From assembly GCA_011388275.1 (NCBI GenBank), contig DSAB01000082.1, forward strand, positions 1 through 21,640: 21,640 nt of DNA. Reading direction: 5' to 3'. The translations under genes and the position numbers were made by a program. The first letter of the stretch is position 1. Each line of letters opens with the position of its first letter. The stretch comes from a bacterium. GTDB lineage: Bacteria; Zhuqueibacterota; QNDG01; DSAB01. Below are positions 8,798 through 19,519 of the stretch, in pieces. The notes below the pieces were generated by a model, which saw nothing but the letters and a program-made list of their open reading frames with translations, was not told the origin of the DNA and made no database searches.

Positions 8798-8824
8798 AAT
8801 CCAGCTGTTATCGTGTCGAATGGT

Positions 8825-9208
8825 TCATTCTTTATTGTTATTGGCAGATTCATCCTGCAGGCACCTTCGGATGGCATCGAGAATCGTTCGTTCAGAAGGG
8901 CTTTCGATTTGTTTTCTGGGTGAACCGGATTGATAAATATAGACAGCTCTACTTTCTGCTGTCACTATTAGAATGATCAACGCAGGATGTTCTTTAAATA
9001 GTTGAGCGCAGATTCTTGGGTTCCCGTTCACTTTCTGCGGTGTGATGATGACCACATCCGCGGGTGTCTTCCTGAGAGCAAAAATGAGTTCGATGGGATC
9101 AACAACTTCTCCCGCCACTTTCATGTCCGGCTGACGTTCGATTAAATTCCGAATTACTTCCGATAACAATATCGGCCGGCTCGAAAACATGATATGAATT
9201 TTTTGCAT
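8825..9208 (-). CDS. Receiver (REC)-like single-domain protein lacking the phospho-acceptor Asp and the acidic pocket (pseudo-receiver)
   Basis: The alternating beta/alpha pattern aligns with a CheY-like fold (IHIMFSS / DVVIITPQ / LIILIVTAES / AVYIYQSG). The DD pair is replaced by SS and the phospho-Asp by T/P, while the conserved beta4 Thr is retained. SD GAGGA 8 nt before the ATG. Confidence 0.45.
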   Translation of the reverse strand: MQKIHIMFSSRPILLSEVIRNLIERQPDMKVAGEVVDPIELIFALRKTPADVVIITPQKVNGNPRICAQLFKEHPALIILIVTAESRAVYIYQSGSPRKQIESPSERTILDAIRRCLQDESANNNKE

Positions 9209-9376
9209 GGCACTATCCTCTATCAGCTGTAAGGTAATATCCGCAATTACAGCCGGAGAGTCAATAGACCGGAAGATTCAAAATAGATCCAGGCGAGGGA
9301 CCAGAAAGACAACAGACCTGATCATGTTTACGCATAAGAAGTACTGGGCCTTTGAGTCGGGAAAACCATTTGAAAA

Positions 9377-10045
9377 TTATTTCTTATTCAGGAGTTTTCT
9401 TTCGCGGGCATATTGAACGGCTTCAAAGCGGCTATGCAGCTGGAGTTTTTCGAGGATATTATGGACATGATTTTTAACAGTCTGTGTTTCGATGAAAAGC
9501 CGCCGGGCAATTTCCTTATTGGATATACCTTCGGCAATCAGATTAATGACATCCAGCTCACGTCCGGTCAGCTTGACGGAATCAAGAGATGTTTGCGTCC
9601 TGCCTGCACTCGTTAGCTCCGCGATACGCGAAAACAGCGAAGCGGCCATCCGTGGTGAGCAAAACGCTTCATTCCGGTGAACCGATTGGATGGTTTCGAC
9701 CAGGTGGTCGAATGAAGATTCTTTCAATACATAACCGGAAGCTCCGGCTTCGATACAAGCCATGATTTCATCAGTCAGATCGATCAGACCGAGGATAATC
9801 ACTTTGACTTCGGGTGAATCTTGATGAAGGGCTTGTATGACTTCCAGCCCGTCCTTGTCGGGCATGCCGATGTCGATTAATGCCACTTCCGGCCGCAGGT
9901 CTTTGATCTGTTCCAGGGCTTTAAGACCGTTTGGTGCCGTACCCGCCACGATGAAGTCTTCTTTTTCACCCAGCATGGTGACAAGTCCTTCAAGGAGCAG
10001 ACAGTTGTCATCTGCAATAAAAATTCGGATGGATGCTTTGCTCAT
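9377..10045 (-). CDS. Two-component response regulator of the NarL/FixJ (LuxR-type HTH) family
   Basis: Canonical REC (IFIADDN, ALIDIGMPDKDG, YVLKES) followed by a LuxR HTH (LTGRELDVINLIAEGISNKEIARRLFIETQTVKNHVHNILEKL). 222 aa. No histidine kinase is present in the window. Confidence 0.9.
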   Translation of the reverse strand: MSKASIRIFIADDNCLLLEGLVTMLGEKEDFIVAGTAPNGLKALEQIKDLRPEVALIDIGMPDKDGLEVIQALHQDSPEVKVIILGLIDLTDEIMACIEAGASGYVLKESSFDHLVETIQSVHRNEAFCSPRMAASLFSRIAELTSAGRTQTSLDSVKLTGRELDVINLIAEGISNKEIARRLFIETQTVKNHVHNILEKLQLHSRFEAVQYARERKLLNKK

Positions 10046-10152
10046 TGAAGCTGCCTTTGAATGGATGAATTTAAACTTAGTTCAGGATCCCGAGAATGAA
10101 ATGATTTCTCGGATCAAATTCAACAAATAAGATCTTGTTTATTCAAGGTGCC

Positions 10153-10172
10153 TGATTTTTTTCAAAAAATCA
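10153..10172. promoter_or_regulatory. 20-bp AT palindrome TGATTTTTT-tc-AAAAAATCA in the divergent RR/helicase intergenic region, flanked by CAAGG direct repeats
   Basis: Seen directly. It is a 9-bp perfect inverted repeat with a 2-nt spacer, and could be an operator or UP-like element. Confidence 0.25.
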
Positions 10173-10360
10173 AGGAGAATTCTGCGATTTGAAGATGAGA
10201 AACCTGTCCGGTCGTTCTGTGTCAACCTGATTCAGCGATACAGCAGCCGTGCATGCCGTGCCCATGTGATCAAAACGATGCATTTAACAAACCTCGCAGT
10301 ACACACTTAAATCATCGCCTTGTCCATTCCGCTGGCTTTTCTCCCAAAAATAGCATACAT

Positions 10361-10403
10361 TATAATTCTTGCGTGAACAAATATCATTCAAGCTCGGTAT
10401 AAT
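10361..10403 (+). promoter_or_regulatory. Two consensus -10 hexamers TATAAT (10361-10366 and 10398-10403) upstream of the helicase. The second has TGAACA 18 nt upstream. This implies a 5'-UTR of about 70-110 nt.
   Basis: Hexamers read directly. The -35 elements are weak. The long leader is consistent with cold-inducible DEAD-box genes. Confidence 0.25.
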
Positions 10404-10481
10404 CTATCAAACAACCCGATTTCTCATGCCGGAGATGAAAAACCGCTTCGGTCTGCGAATAGAAAAGGAGTTTAGTGTATC

Positions 10482-11777
10482 ATGACGTTTAATCAATTTA
10501 TTCTGGATTCACGTATCCATCAGGGCATTAAAAATTCAGGTTATATAACCCCAACACCCATCCAGGAAAAGGCCATTCCCCTGGTTCTGAGCGGTAAGGA
10601 TATACTCGGGCTGGCTCAGACCGGAACTGGAAAAACAGCGGCTTTTATTCTGCCGATTCTTCAACGATTGCTCCAAGGACCGAAAAAGCGGGTTCGCGCT
10701 CTGATTCTCGCTCCGACCCGGGAGCTTGCCGAACAGATCTTTCAGGCCGGTGTCGATCTGGGGAAACACACGGGGATACGCAGCCTCTCCATATATGGCG
10801 GAGTCAGCAAGAGTCCCCAGCTGGCTGCACTGAAACGGGGCGTAGAGATCGTTGTCGCCTGTCCGGGCCGTCTTCTGGATCATCTGAGGGAGGGGAACAT
10901 CGATCTGTCGCATGTGGAGGTCCTTGTTCTGGATGAGGCCGACCGGATGTGCGACATGGGCTTTCTTCCTGACATACGGAGGATTCTGAAGGCTCTTCCT
11001 TTCGAGAGACAGACCCTGTTCTTTTCCGCGACCATGCCCGATGAGATACGCGGTCTGGCTGATCAGATTCTGCGTAATCCGGAGACGGTTCAGATCGGAA
11101 TGATCGCGCCGGCTGCCACGGTCTCTCATGCTGTATATCCGGTTTCGGTCGATTTGAAAAAGCCGTTGCTCTTTGCAATTTTAAAACAGACGGCTACAGG
11201 CCGTGTGCTGATTTTTACACGGACCAAACACAGGGCCAGGACACTGGCCGCGCAGCTGGGCAAGAGGGATTATAATGTTTCGGCTCTTCAGGGGAATATG
11301 ACTCAGAACCGCCGGCAGGAGGCCATCAATGGATTCCGCAGCGGCAAGTACGACATCCTCGTCGCCACGGACATCGCTGCCCGGGGCATCGATGTGTCCG
11401 AGGTCTCTCATGTGATCAACTATGATATGACAGACACCGTGGATGCCTATACTCATCGTATCGGTCGAACGGGAAGGGCGTTGAAAAACGGAGATGCTCT
11501 TACTCTGGCAGTCAGGGAGGATGAGCCGCTGCTCAGAAGTATCGAAAAAGTCCTGGGTGCTCCTATCAGGCGGCAGCGTCTGGCGGGTTTTGATTACGGG
11601 TCCTTTATCCCGGAAAGTCAGTCTGTCCGGAAACCTGTGTTCAGGGGAACGGGCAGCAGGAAACCGAAGCATGGATCTGCGCCTTCCAGCGAGCCGGGTA
11701 CCAGGACGCGTATTCAACACGGCCATGGAAAGCGCCGGAATCATTCGGGCCGCAGCGTTGTACGGCAACCTAATTGA
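10482..11777 (+). CDS. DEAD-box ATP-dependent RNA helicase (RhlE/CsdA-like) with a basic C-terminal tail
   Basis: Q-motif region, motif I AQTGTGKTAAF, Ia PTRELA, II DEAD, III SAT and VI HRIGRTGR. 431 aa with an Arg/Gly/Ser-rich tail. SD AAAAGGAG. Confidence 0.92.
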   Translation: MTFNQFILDSRIHQGIKNSGYITPTPIQEKAIPLVLSGKDILGLAQTGTGKTAAFILPILQRLLQGPKKRVRALILAPTRELAEQIFQAGVDLGKHTGIRSLSIYGGVSKSPQLAALKRGVEIVVACPGRLLDHLREGNIDLSHVEVLVLDEADRMCDMGFLPDIRRILKALPFERQTLFFSATMPDEIRGLADQILRNPETVQIGMIAPAATVSHAVYPVSVDLKKPLLFAILKQTATGRVLIFTRTKHRARTLAAQLGKRDYNVSALQGNMTQNRRQEAINGFRSGKYDILVATDIAARGIDVSEVSHVINYDMTDTVDAYTHRIGRTGRALKNGDALTLAVREDEPLLRSIEKVLGAPIRRQRLAGFDYGSFIPESQSVRKPVFRGTGSRKPKHGSAPSSEPGTRTRIQHGHGKRRNHSGRSVVRQPN

Positions 11778-11913
11778 TTTTGACTGGTGTGAAGTCTGAA
11801 TACCACCCGCAGTCACGGGCCTCTTCCGGAGGAGACGGTGTCCCTCTATGAAACGGTCTTTTCATTTTTTCACTCAAAGATTTGTGAATTAATTCAGGCT
11901 AAATATTGAAAAC

Positions 11914-11927
11914 TTGACATATATCAA
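11914..11927. promoter_or_regulatory. FNR/CRP-family (HcpR-type) binding site TTGACATATATCAA upstream of hcp, with a -10 TATATT at 11950-11955
   Basis: 9 of 10 match to TTGAT-N4-ATCAA. The site centre is about 41.5 bp upstream of the TSS predicted from the -10, which is class II geometry. hcp is a known FNR/HcpR/NsrR target. Confidence 0.45.
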
Positions 11928-11987
11928 TGACAGGATGTTGATCGGTGTGTATATTTCTCCCAAACACCAATCAGGAGGGCCAGGAAC

Positions 11988-13661
11988 ATGGAAAAAACCT
12001 TGATGTTCTGTCACCAGTGTCAGGAAACAGCCGGGAACAAGGGCTGTTCCATGAAACAGGGTGTGTGCGGCAAGAAAGCGGAAGTCGCCAATCTGCAGGA
12101 TCTGCTGATCTGGATTCTGAAAGGCATTTCAGTCTGGGCGGTGGCCGGGAAAAAACGCGGCATCTATGATGAAGATGCGGCCTACTTTGTCGATAAACAC
12201 CTGTTTACCACAATCACGAATACCGATTTTGCCAGGGACAATTTTATCGGTTACATTCAAAAAGCTGTCGAAATTCGAGACGCTTTGAGAAAGCAGGTTC
12301 TAGAGAAAGAAACCATCGATACGAACCATCTGCCTTCTTGCGCGATCTGGAGCTATGAATCCGCTGATGCGATTGTTGAGAAAGCCGAATCCGGCGAAAC
12401 AGGATGGCTGGCCATTGAAGATGAAGATATCCGTTCGCTGAAAGCGGTTGTTCTGTACGGGTTGAAAGGAATTTCCGCGTATCTGGAACATGGATATCAA
12501 ATCAGCGGTGAAGGCACTGGCAGGGAAATATTCGAATTTCTGTTCGAGGCGCTGGCTGAACTGGCGGATGACCAAGCCGACCGGGAGAAACTGCTGCAGC
12601 TGGTGATGAAAACCGGTGAAATGGGTGTGGCTGTCATGAAATATCTGGACGACTCGAACGCTCATTACGGCGAACAGGAAATGACAGAAGTCAATCTCGG
12701 GGTCAGAAACAATCCGGGGATTCTCATTTCAGGCCATGATCTGGTTGACCTGGAAGAGCTGCTGGATCAGACTCGGGGTACGGGCGTTGATGTGTACACG
12801 CACAGCGAAATGCTGCCCGCACATTACAGGCCCTTCTTCAAAAAGTATGAGCATCTGGCGGGCAATTACGGCAATTCCTGGTATTTACAGAAGGCGGAGA
12901 TTGAAAGTTTCAAGGGTCCGGTTCTGTTCACTTCAAACTGTCTGGTTCCGCCGAAACTCGAGCATACAGACAGAATCTTTACGTCCGGGCCTGTGGGTTT
13001 TGAGGGTTGTGTCCATATTCCGGACAGGCCCAAAGGCGGACACAAAGATTTTTCGAAAATCATCGAACGCGCGAAACAATGTCCGCCGCCGGAACAACTG
13101 GAAACCGGAAAGATTGTCGGCGGATTCGGCCATGGGCAGGTTCTCAAGCTGGCCGACCAAATCGTTGAGGCCGTAAAAGCCGGCAGGATCAGCCGATTCG
13201 TGGTCATGGCAGGCTGCGACGGCAGACACAAATCGAGAGATTATTTCACGGAGGTGGCCCGGACATTGCCGAAAGACACCATCATTCTGACGGCAGGCTG
13301 CGCGAAGTACAAATATATCAAACTGGATTTGGGAGATATCGACGGGATTCCCAGGGTGCTGGACGCGGGCCAGTGCAACGATTCCTATTCACTGGCGGTT
13401 ATCGCGCTCAAATTAAAGGAAGCGTTCGGCCTGGATGACGTCAACAATCTGCCGCTTTCGTTTGATATTGCCTGGTATGAACAAAAAGCGGTTCTGGTAT
13501 TTCTGGCCCTGCTGTCTCTGGGCTTCAAAAACATTCGGCTGGGGCCGACACTTCCCGGATTCTTGTCGGAGAATGTCGCGGAATATTTAGTGGAGAATTT
13601 CGGAATCAAAAAGATTACAACCGCCGAACAGGATGTGTCGGCCATGATGGAAGGAAAATAA
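11988..13661 (+). CDS. hcp: Hybrid cluster protein / hydroxylamine reductase (Hcp)
   Basis: N-terminal Cys motif FCHQCQET...GC...GVCGK is diagnostic. 557 aa matches full-length class-I Hcp. SD GGAGG. Confidence 0.92.
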   Translation: MEKTLMFCHQCQETAGNKGCSMKQGVCGKKAEVANLQDLLIWILKGISVWAVAGKKRGIYDEDAAYFVDKHLFTTITNTDFARDNFIGYIQKAVEIRDALRKQVLEKETIDTNHLPSCAIWSYESADAIVEKAESGETGWLAIEDEDIRSLKAVVLYGLKGISAYLEHGYQISGEGTGREIFEFLFEALAELADDQADREKLLQLVMKTGEMGVAVMKYLDDSNAHYGEQEMTEVNLGVRNNPGILISGHDLVDLEELLDQTRGTGVDVYTHSEMLPAHYRPFFKKYEHLAGNYGNSWYLQKAEIESFKGPVLFTSNCLVPPKLEHTDRIFTSGPVGFEGCVHIPDRPKGGHKDFSKIIERAKQCPPPEQLETGKIVGGFGHGQVLKLADQIVEAVKAGRISRFVVMAGCDGRHKSRDYFTEVARTLPKDTIILTAGCAKYKYIKLDLGDIDGIPRVLDAGQCNDSYSLAVIALKLKEAFGLDDVNNLPLSFDIAWYEQKAVLVFLALLSLGFKNIRLGPTLPGFLSENVAEYLVENFGIKKITTAEQDVSAMMEGK

Positions 13662-13678
13662 CACTCAAGTATTCAGAC

Positions 13679-13711
13679 ATGAGGGGACGGAAACCGGTTC
13701 CGTCCCCTCAT
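13679..13711. terminator. Bidirectional GC-rich hairpin between the convergent hcp and peptidase genes
   Basis: ATGAGGGGACGGAA-ACCGG-TTCCGTCCCCTCAT is a perfect 14-bp stem with a 5-nt loop, sitting exactly in the 70 bp gap between the two stop codons. There is no clear U-tract on either side. Confidence 0.5.
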
Positions 13712-13731
13712 GAAGTGATACCGCAAATTCT

Positions 13732-16431
<2,700 letters not shown>

Positions 16432-16678
16432 TTAATCCTCCATGATTCAATGGATCGATGTGTAACGGGCAGACCGGAACTCCAATCCGGTCGCGGTTCG
16501 TTTCGGTGTCATAACATAACCGGACAGAATATTATATATTTACGTCAAAGTCAAGGAAAAAGTTGCCGAGTGAGGCGCTTTTATGAAATTGAATTCGGTC
16601 GATAGACGGTTGCATAAATCATTCGAAATGACGACATTACAGGAACGGAAGCCGGAAAACAGGTCATTCAAACAATTT

Positions 16679-16702
16679 GGGTCGGAATAAAACCCGTTTT
16701 TT
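16679..16702 (+). promoter_or_regulatory. Short hairpin plus U6 tract in the leader of the P-type ATPase gene (candidate attenuator/terminator)
   Basis: GGGT-cggaataaa-ACCC-g-TTTTTT lies about 40 nt upstream of the ATG at 16738. The stem is only 4 bp, so this is weak. Confidence 0.25.
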
Positions 16703-16737
16703 CGAACCGGCACTCAGAATAAAAAGGAAGGAGATCG

Positions 16738-19479
16738 ATGAAATCCGAAGACAGATCCCTGTTCCAGATCAAGAAACCTCATGCGCGGTCTGTTGAGGAT
16801 GTGCTCAGGCAGCTGAAAGTCTCTTCGAAGGGACTTGCCGCCGGTGAGGCCGCCGAAAGAATCGAAGCGGCCGGTCCCAACCGTCTGCCCGCTCCGGAGA
16901 AGGAGGGTCTTCTTAAGAGATTCCTTAAACATTTTCAGGATCTGCTGATCATTATTTTGATCGCCGCGGCGGGGATCACGGCCGCGCTCGGACACTGGAT
17001 AGACACCGGAGTGATTCTCGGTGTCGTGCTGATCAACGCGGTTATCGGTTTTATTCAGGAGGGCAAGGCCGAAAAGGCCCTGGAGGGCATACGTAAAATG
17101 CTTTCGCCGCGGGCCGCCGTGCGCCGGGACGGAAAATGGACCGAGCTGGACGCGGAAGATTTGGTTCCCGGAGACATCGTGCGGCTGCGCAGCGGCGATC
17201 GCGTGCCCGCAGACATGCGGCTCATCGAAGCTGTGAACCTGCGCATCGAGGAGTCCATGCTGACCGGAGAATCCGTGCCCACGGACAAACACATCGAACC
17301 CGCGGCGGAACAAGCCGGTTTGGGAGATCGCAGCAGCATGGCGTTTTCGGGTACGATGGTGACTGCCGGACGCGGAACCGGTGTGGTCACGGCCACGGGC
17401 ACGGCCACGGAGCTGGGCCGAATCAACAAGATGATTGCTGATGTCGAAAAACTGGCTACGCCTCTGACCCGCCGGATGAACCGTTTCGGCAAGATTCTTT
17501 CCGCGGTGATTGTGGGCATGGCTGTATTGATTTCACTGGCCGGCCGGCTGCTGCATGACTTTACAATTGCCGAGCTGTTTCTCGCGGCAATCGGGTTCGC
17601 GGTGGCCGCGATTCCGGAAGGTCTTCCGGCGATTCTCACAATCACGCTGGCCCTGGGAGTGGAACGCATGGCCCGCCGGAACGCCATCACGCGCCGGCTC
17701 AATGCCGTGGAAACACTGGGTTCTGTCACGGTCATCTGTTCGGATAAAACCGGTACGCTGACGCGCAATGAAATGACTGTGCGTCACGTGATCACTCGAG
17801 CGGGGCGTTATCACGTCGAGGGAACGGGATATGCGCCTGAAGGCCGAATCAGGAGTGATCAACAGGAGGTCACATCCAAAGAGCGTGAGGATCTGTATGA
17901 GCTTGTCGAGGTCATGGCGCTGTGCAATGACTCGGAGATCGAGGAACATGACGGTCAATGGAAAGTGATGGGTGAGCCTACCGAAGGTGCGCTGCTCAGC
18001 CTGGCCGTCAAGGCGGGATTCGATGACCGGGAGGGATACAAACGTATTGCGGCGATTCCTTTCGAGTCGGAAAACAAGTACATGGCCACACTTCACCGCC
18101 TGCCCGGTGGAGACTCGCGCGTTCTGGTCAAAGGCGCGCCGGACCGGCTTCTGGACCGATGCGGACTGCAGCGGTCCGGCGATAAAGATACGGAACCTCT
18201 CAATCGTGCTTTTTGGGAAGAGCGGATCAATGAGTTAAGCGGGCAGGGCCTGCGGGTTCTCGCCGCGGCGATGCGCGGGGCGGATGGCGAGAAACACGAC
18301 ATCAATCCGGAAGACCTTGATGAAAAGATGATCTTTCTCGGCATTGTGGGGATCATCGATCCGCCCAGACCCGAGGCCGTAAAGGCCGTTCAGGTCTGTC
18401 ATCAGGCCGGAATCCGGGTGAAGATGATCACCGGTGACCATGCGAGTACGGCCCTTGCCATCGGCCGTGAAATGGGCATCGGTGACGGTAAAAGCGCCGT
18501 GACAGGCGCCGAAATCGAGGATGCCTCAAATGAAGAACTGCGCCGAATGGTTCTCGAAAATGACATTTTCGCCCGAACCAGTCCGGAGCATAAACTCCGG
18601 CTGGTCAAGGCCCTGCAGGCCGAAAATGAAATCGTGGCCATGACCGGAGACGGCGTAAACGACGCGCCCGCGCTCAAACGCGCCGATGTGGGCGTGGCCA
18701 TGGGCATCAAGGGAACCGAAGCGACCAGGGAGGCTGCTGATATCGTGCTGGCGGATGACAACTTCGCTTCCATCGAGCGAGCCGTGGAGGAAGGCCGTAC
18801 CATCTATGATAATCTGCGAAAAGCGATTCTCTTCATTCTGCCTACAAACGGGGCGGAGGGGCTGGTGATCCTTGCTGCTGTTCTTTTCGGGCTGGTTCTG
18901 CCGTTGACTCCGGTGCAGATCCTGTGGGTCAACATGGTGACCGCGGTGACGCTGGCATTATCGCTGGCCTTCGAGCCCGCGGAACCCGGTATAATGAGCC
19001 GGCCGCCCCGGGATTCAGGCGAGCCGATTCTGGGGGGTGTTTTTCTCTGGCGTATTGGCTTTGTCTCTCTGTTTATCGGCGGAGCGACCATCGCCGTGTT
19101 TATGATCGAGAAAGATCTCGGCATGCCCATTGACCAGGCGCGTACTCTGGCGGTAAACACGCTTGTCTGCGGCCAGGCGTTTTATCTGTTTAACAGCCGC
19201 TATCTGCGTGAATCCAGCCTGAAGATCAGACGGCTGCTGGCCAATCGTTTCGCGTGGCTGGCTGTCGGCGTGCTGGCCGTCCTGCAGCTCGCTTTTAACT
19301 ACGCGCCGTTCATGAATCTGTGGTTCGGTTCGGCCTCTTCGGAACTTCGATACTGGCTGCTGCCCGTGAGTATCGGAGCCGGGGCGTTTTTGATGATCGA
19401 GGCGGAGAAGGCGGTTACCCGGTGTTTTTTCATGTGGCAAAAAAAGCCGGCGGATCAAGAGATCCCGAGCGGCGCATAA
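16738..19479 (+). CDS. Cation-transporting P-type ATPase of P2 type (SERCA/PMCA-like, probably Ca2+)
   Basis: TGES, phosphorylation motif DKTGTLT, hinge TGDGVNDAPAL and M4 motif AIPEGLPA (PEGL is typical of P2A Ca2+ pumps). 913 aa. SD AAGGAAGGAG. Confidence 0.92.
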   Translation: MKSEDRSLFQIKKPHARSVEDVLRQLKVSSKGLAAGEAAERIEAAGPNRLPAPEKEGLLKRFLKHFQDLLIIILIAAAGITAALGHWIDTGVILGVVLINAVIGFIQEGKAEKALEGIRKMLSPRAAVRRDGKWTELDAEDLVPGDIVRLRSGDRVPADMRLIEAVNLRIEESMLTGESVPTDKHIEPAAEQAGLGDRSSMAFSGTMVTAGRGTGVVTATGTATELGRINKMIADVEKLATPLTRRMNRFGKILSAVIVGMAVLISLAGRLLHDFTIAELFLAAIGFAVAAIPEGLPAILTITLALGVERMARRNAITRRLNAVETLGSVTVICSDKTGTLTRNEMTVRHVITRAGRYHVEGTGYAPEGRIRSDQQEVTSKEREDLYELVEVMALCNDSEIEEHDGQWKVMGEPTEGALLSLAVKAGFDDREGYKRIAAIPFESENKYMATLHRLPGGDSRVLVKGAPDRLLDRCGLQRSGDKDTEPLNRAFWEERINELSGQGLRVLAAAMRGADGEKHDINPEDLDEKMIFLGIVGIIDPPRPEAVKAVQVCHQAGIRVKMITGDHASTALAIGREMGIGDGKSAVTGAEIEDASNEELRRMVLENDIFARTSPEHKLRLVKALQAENEIVAMTGDGVNDAPALKRADVGVAMGIKGTEATREAADIVLADDNFASIERAVEEGRTIYDNLRKAILFILPTNGAEGLVILAAVLFGLVLPLTPVQILWVNMVTAVTLALSLAFEPAEPGIMSRPPRDSGEPILGGVFLWRIGFVSLFIGGATIAVFMIEKDLGMPIDQARTLAVNTLVCGQAFYLFNSRYLRESSLKIRRLLANRFAWLAVGVLAVLQLAFNYAPFMNLWFGSASSELRYWLLPVSIGAGAFLMIEAEKAVTRCFFMWQKKPADQEIPSGA

Positions 19480-19519
19480 TAGAAGAAAAGCATGATTGAT
19501 TTGATCGAAGGGGAAAGGA

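Noticed and set aside
10263-10273. TGATCA core shared between the helicase leader and the rbp palindromes, as a common operator
   Set aside because: Only the 6-bp GATC-containing core is shared and the flanks differ (AAAAC versus ATTTT). This is probably chance and is mentioned only as a weak lead.
11945-12169. 74 aa ORF overlapping the hcp start in another frame
   Set aside because: The hcp frame carries the diagnostic Cys cluster and the GGAGG RBS. This overlapping ORF is out of frame and lacks an RBS.
16738-19479. Apparent higher GC in the P-type ATPase gene than in neighbours, as a sign of horizontal transfer
   Set aside because: Hand counts of a few 60-nt lines varied between 45% and 70% GC across genes. 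The Ala/Gly/Val/Leu-rich membrane-protein composition can explain the difference, so without a computed GC/GC3 and codon-usage profile this is not supportable.
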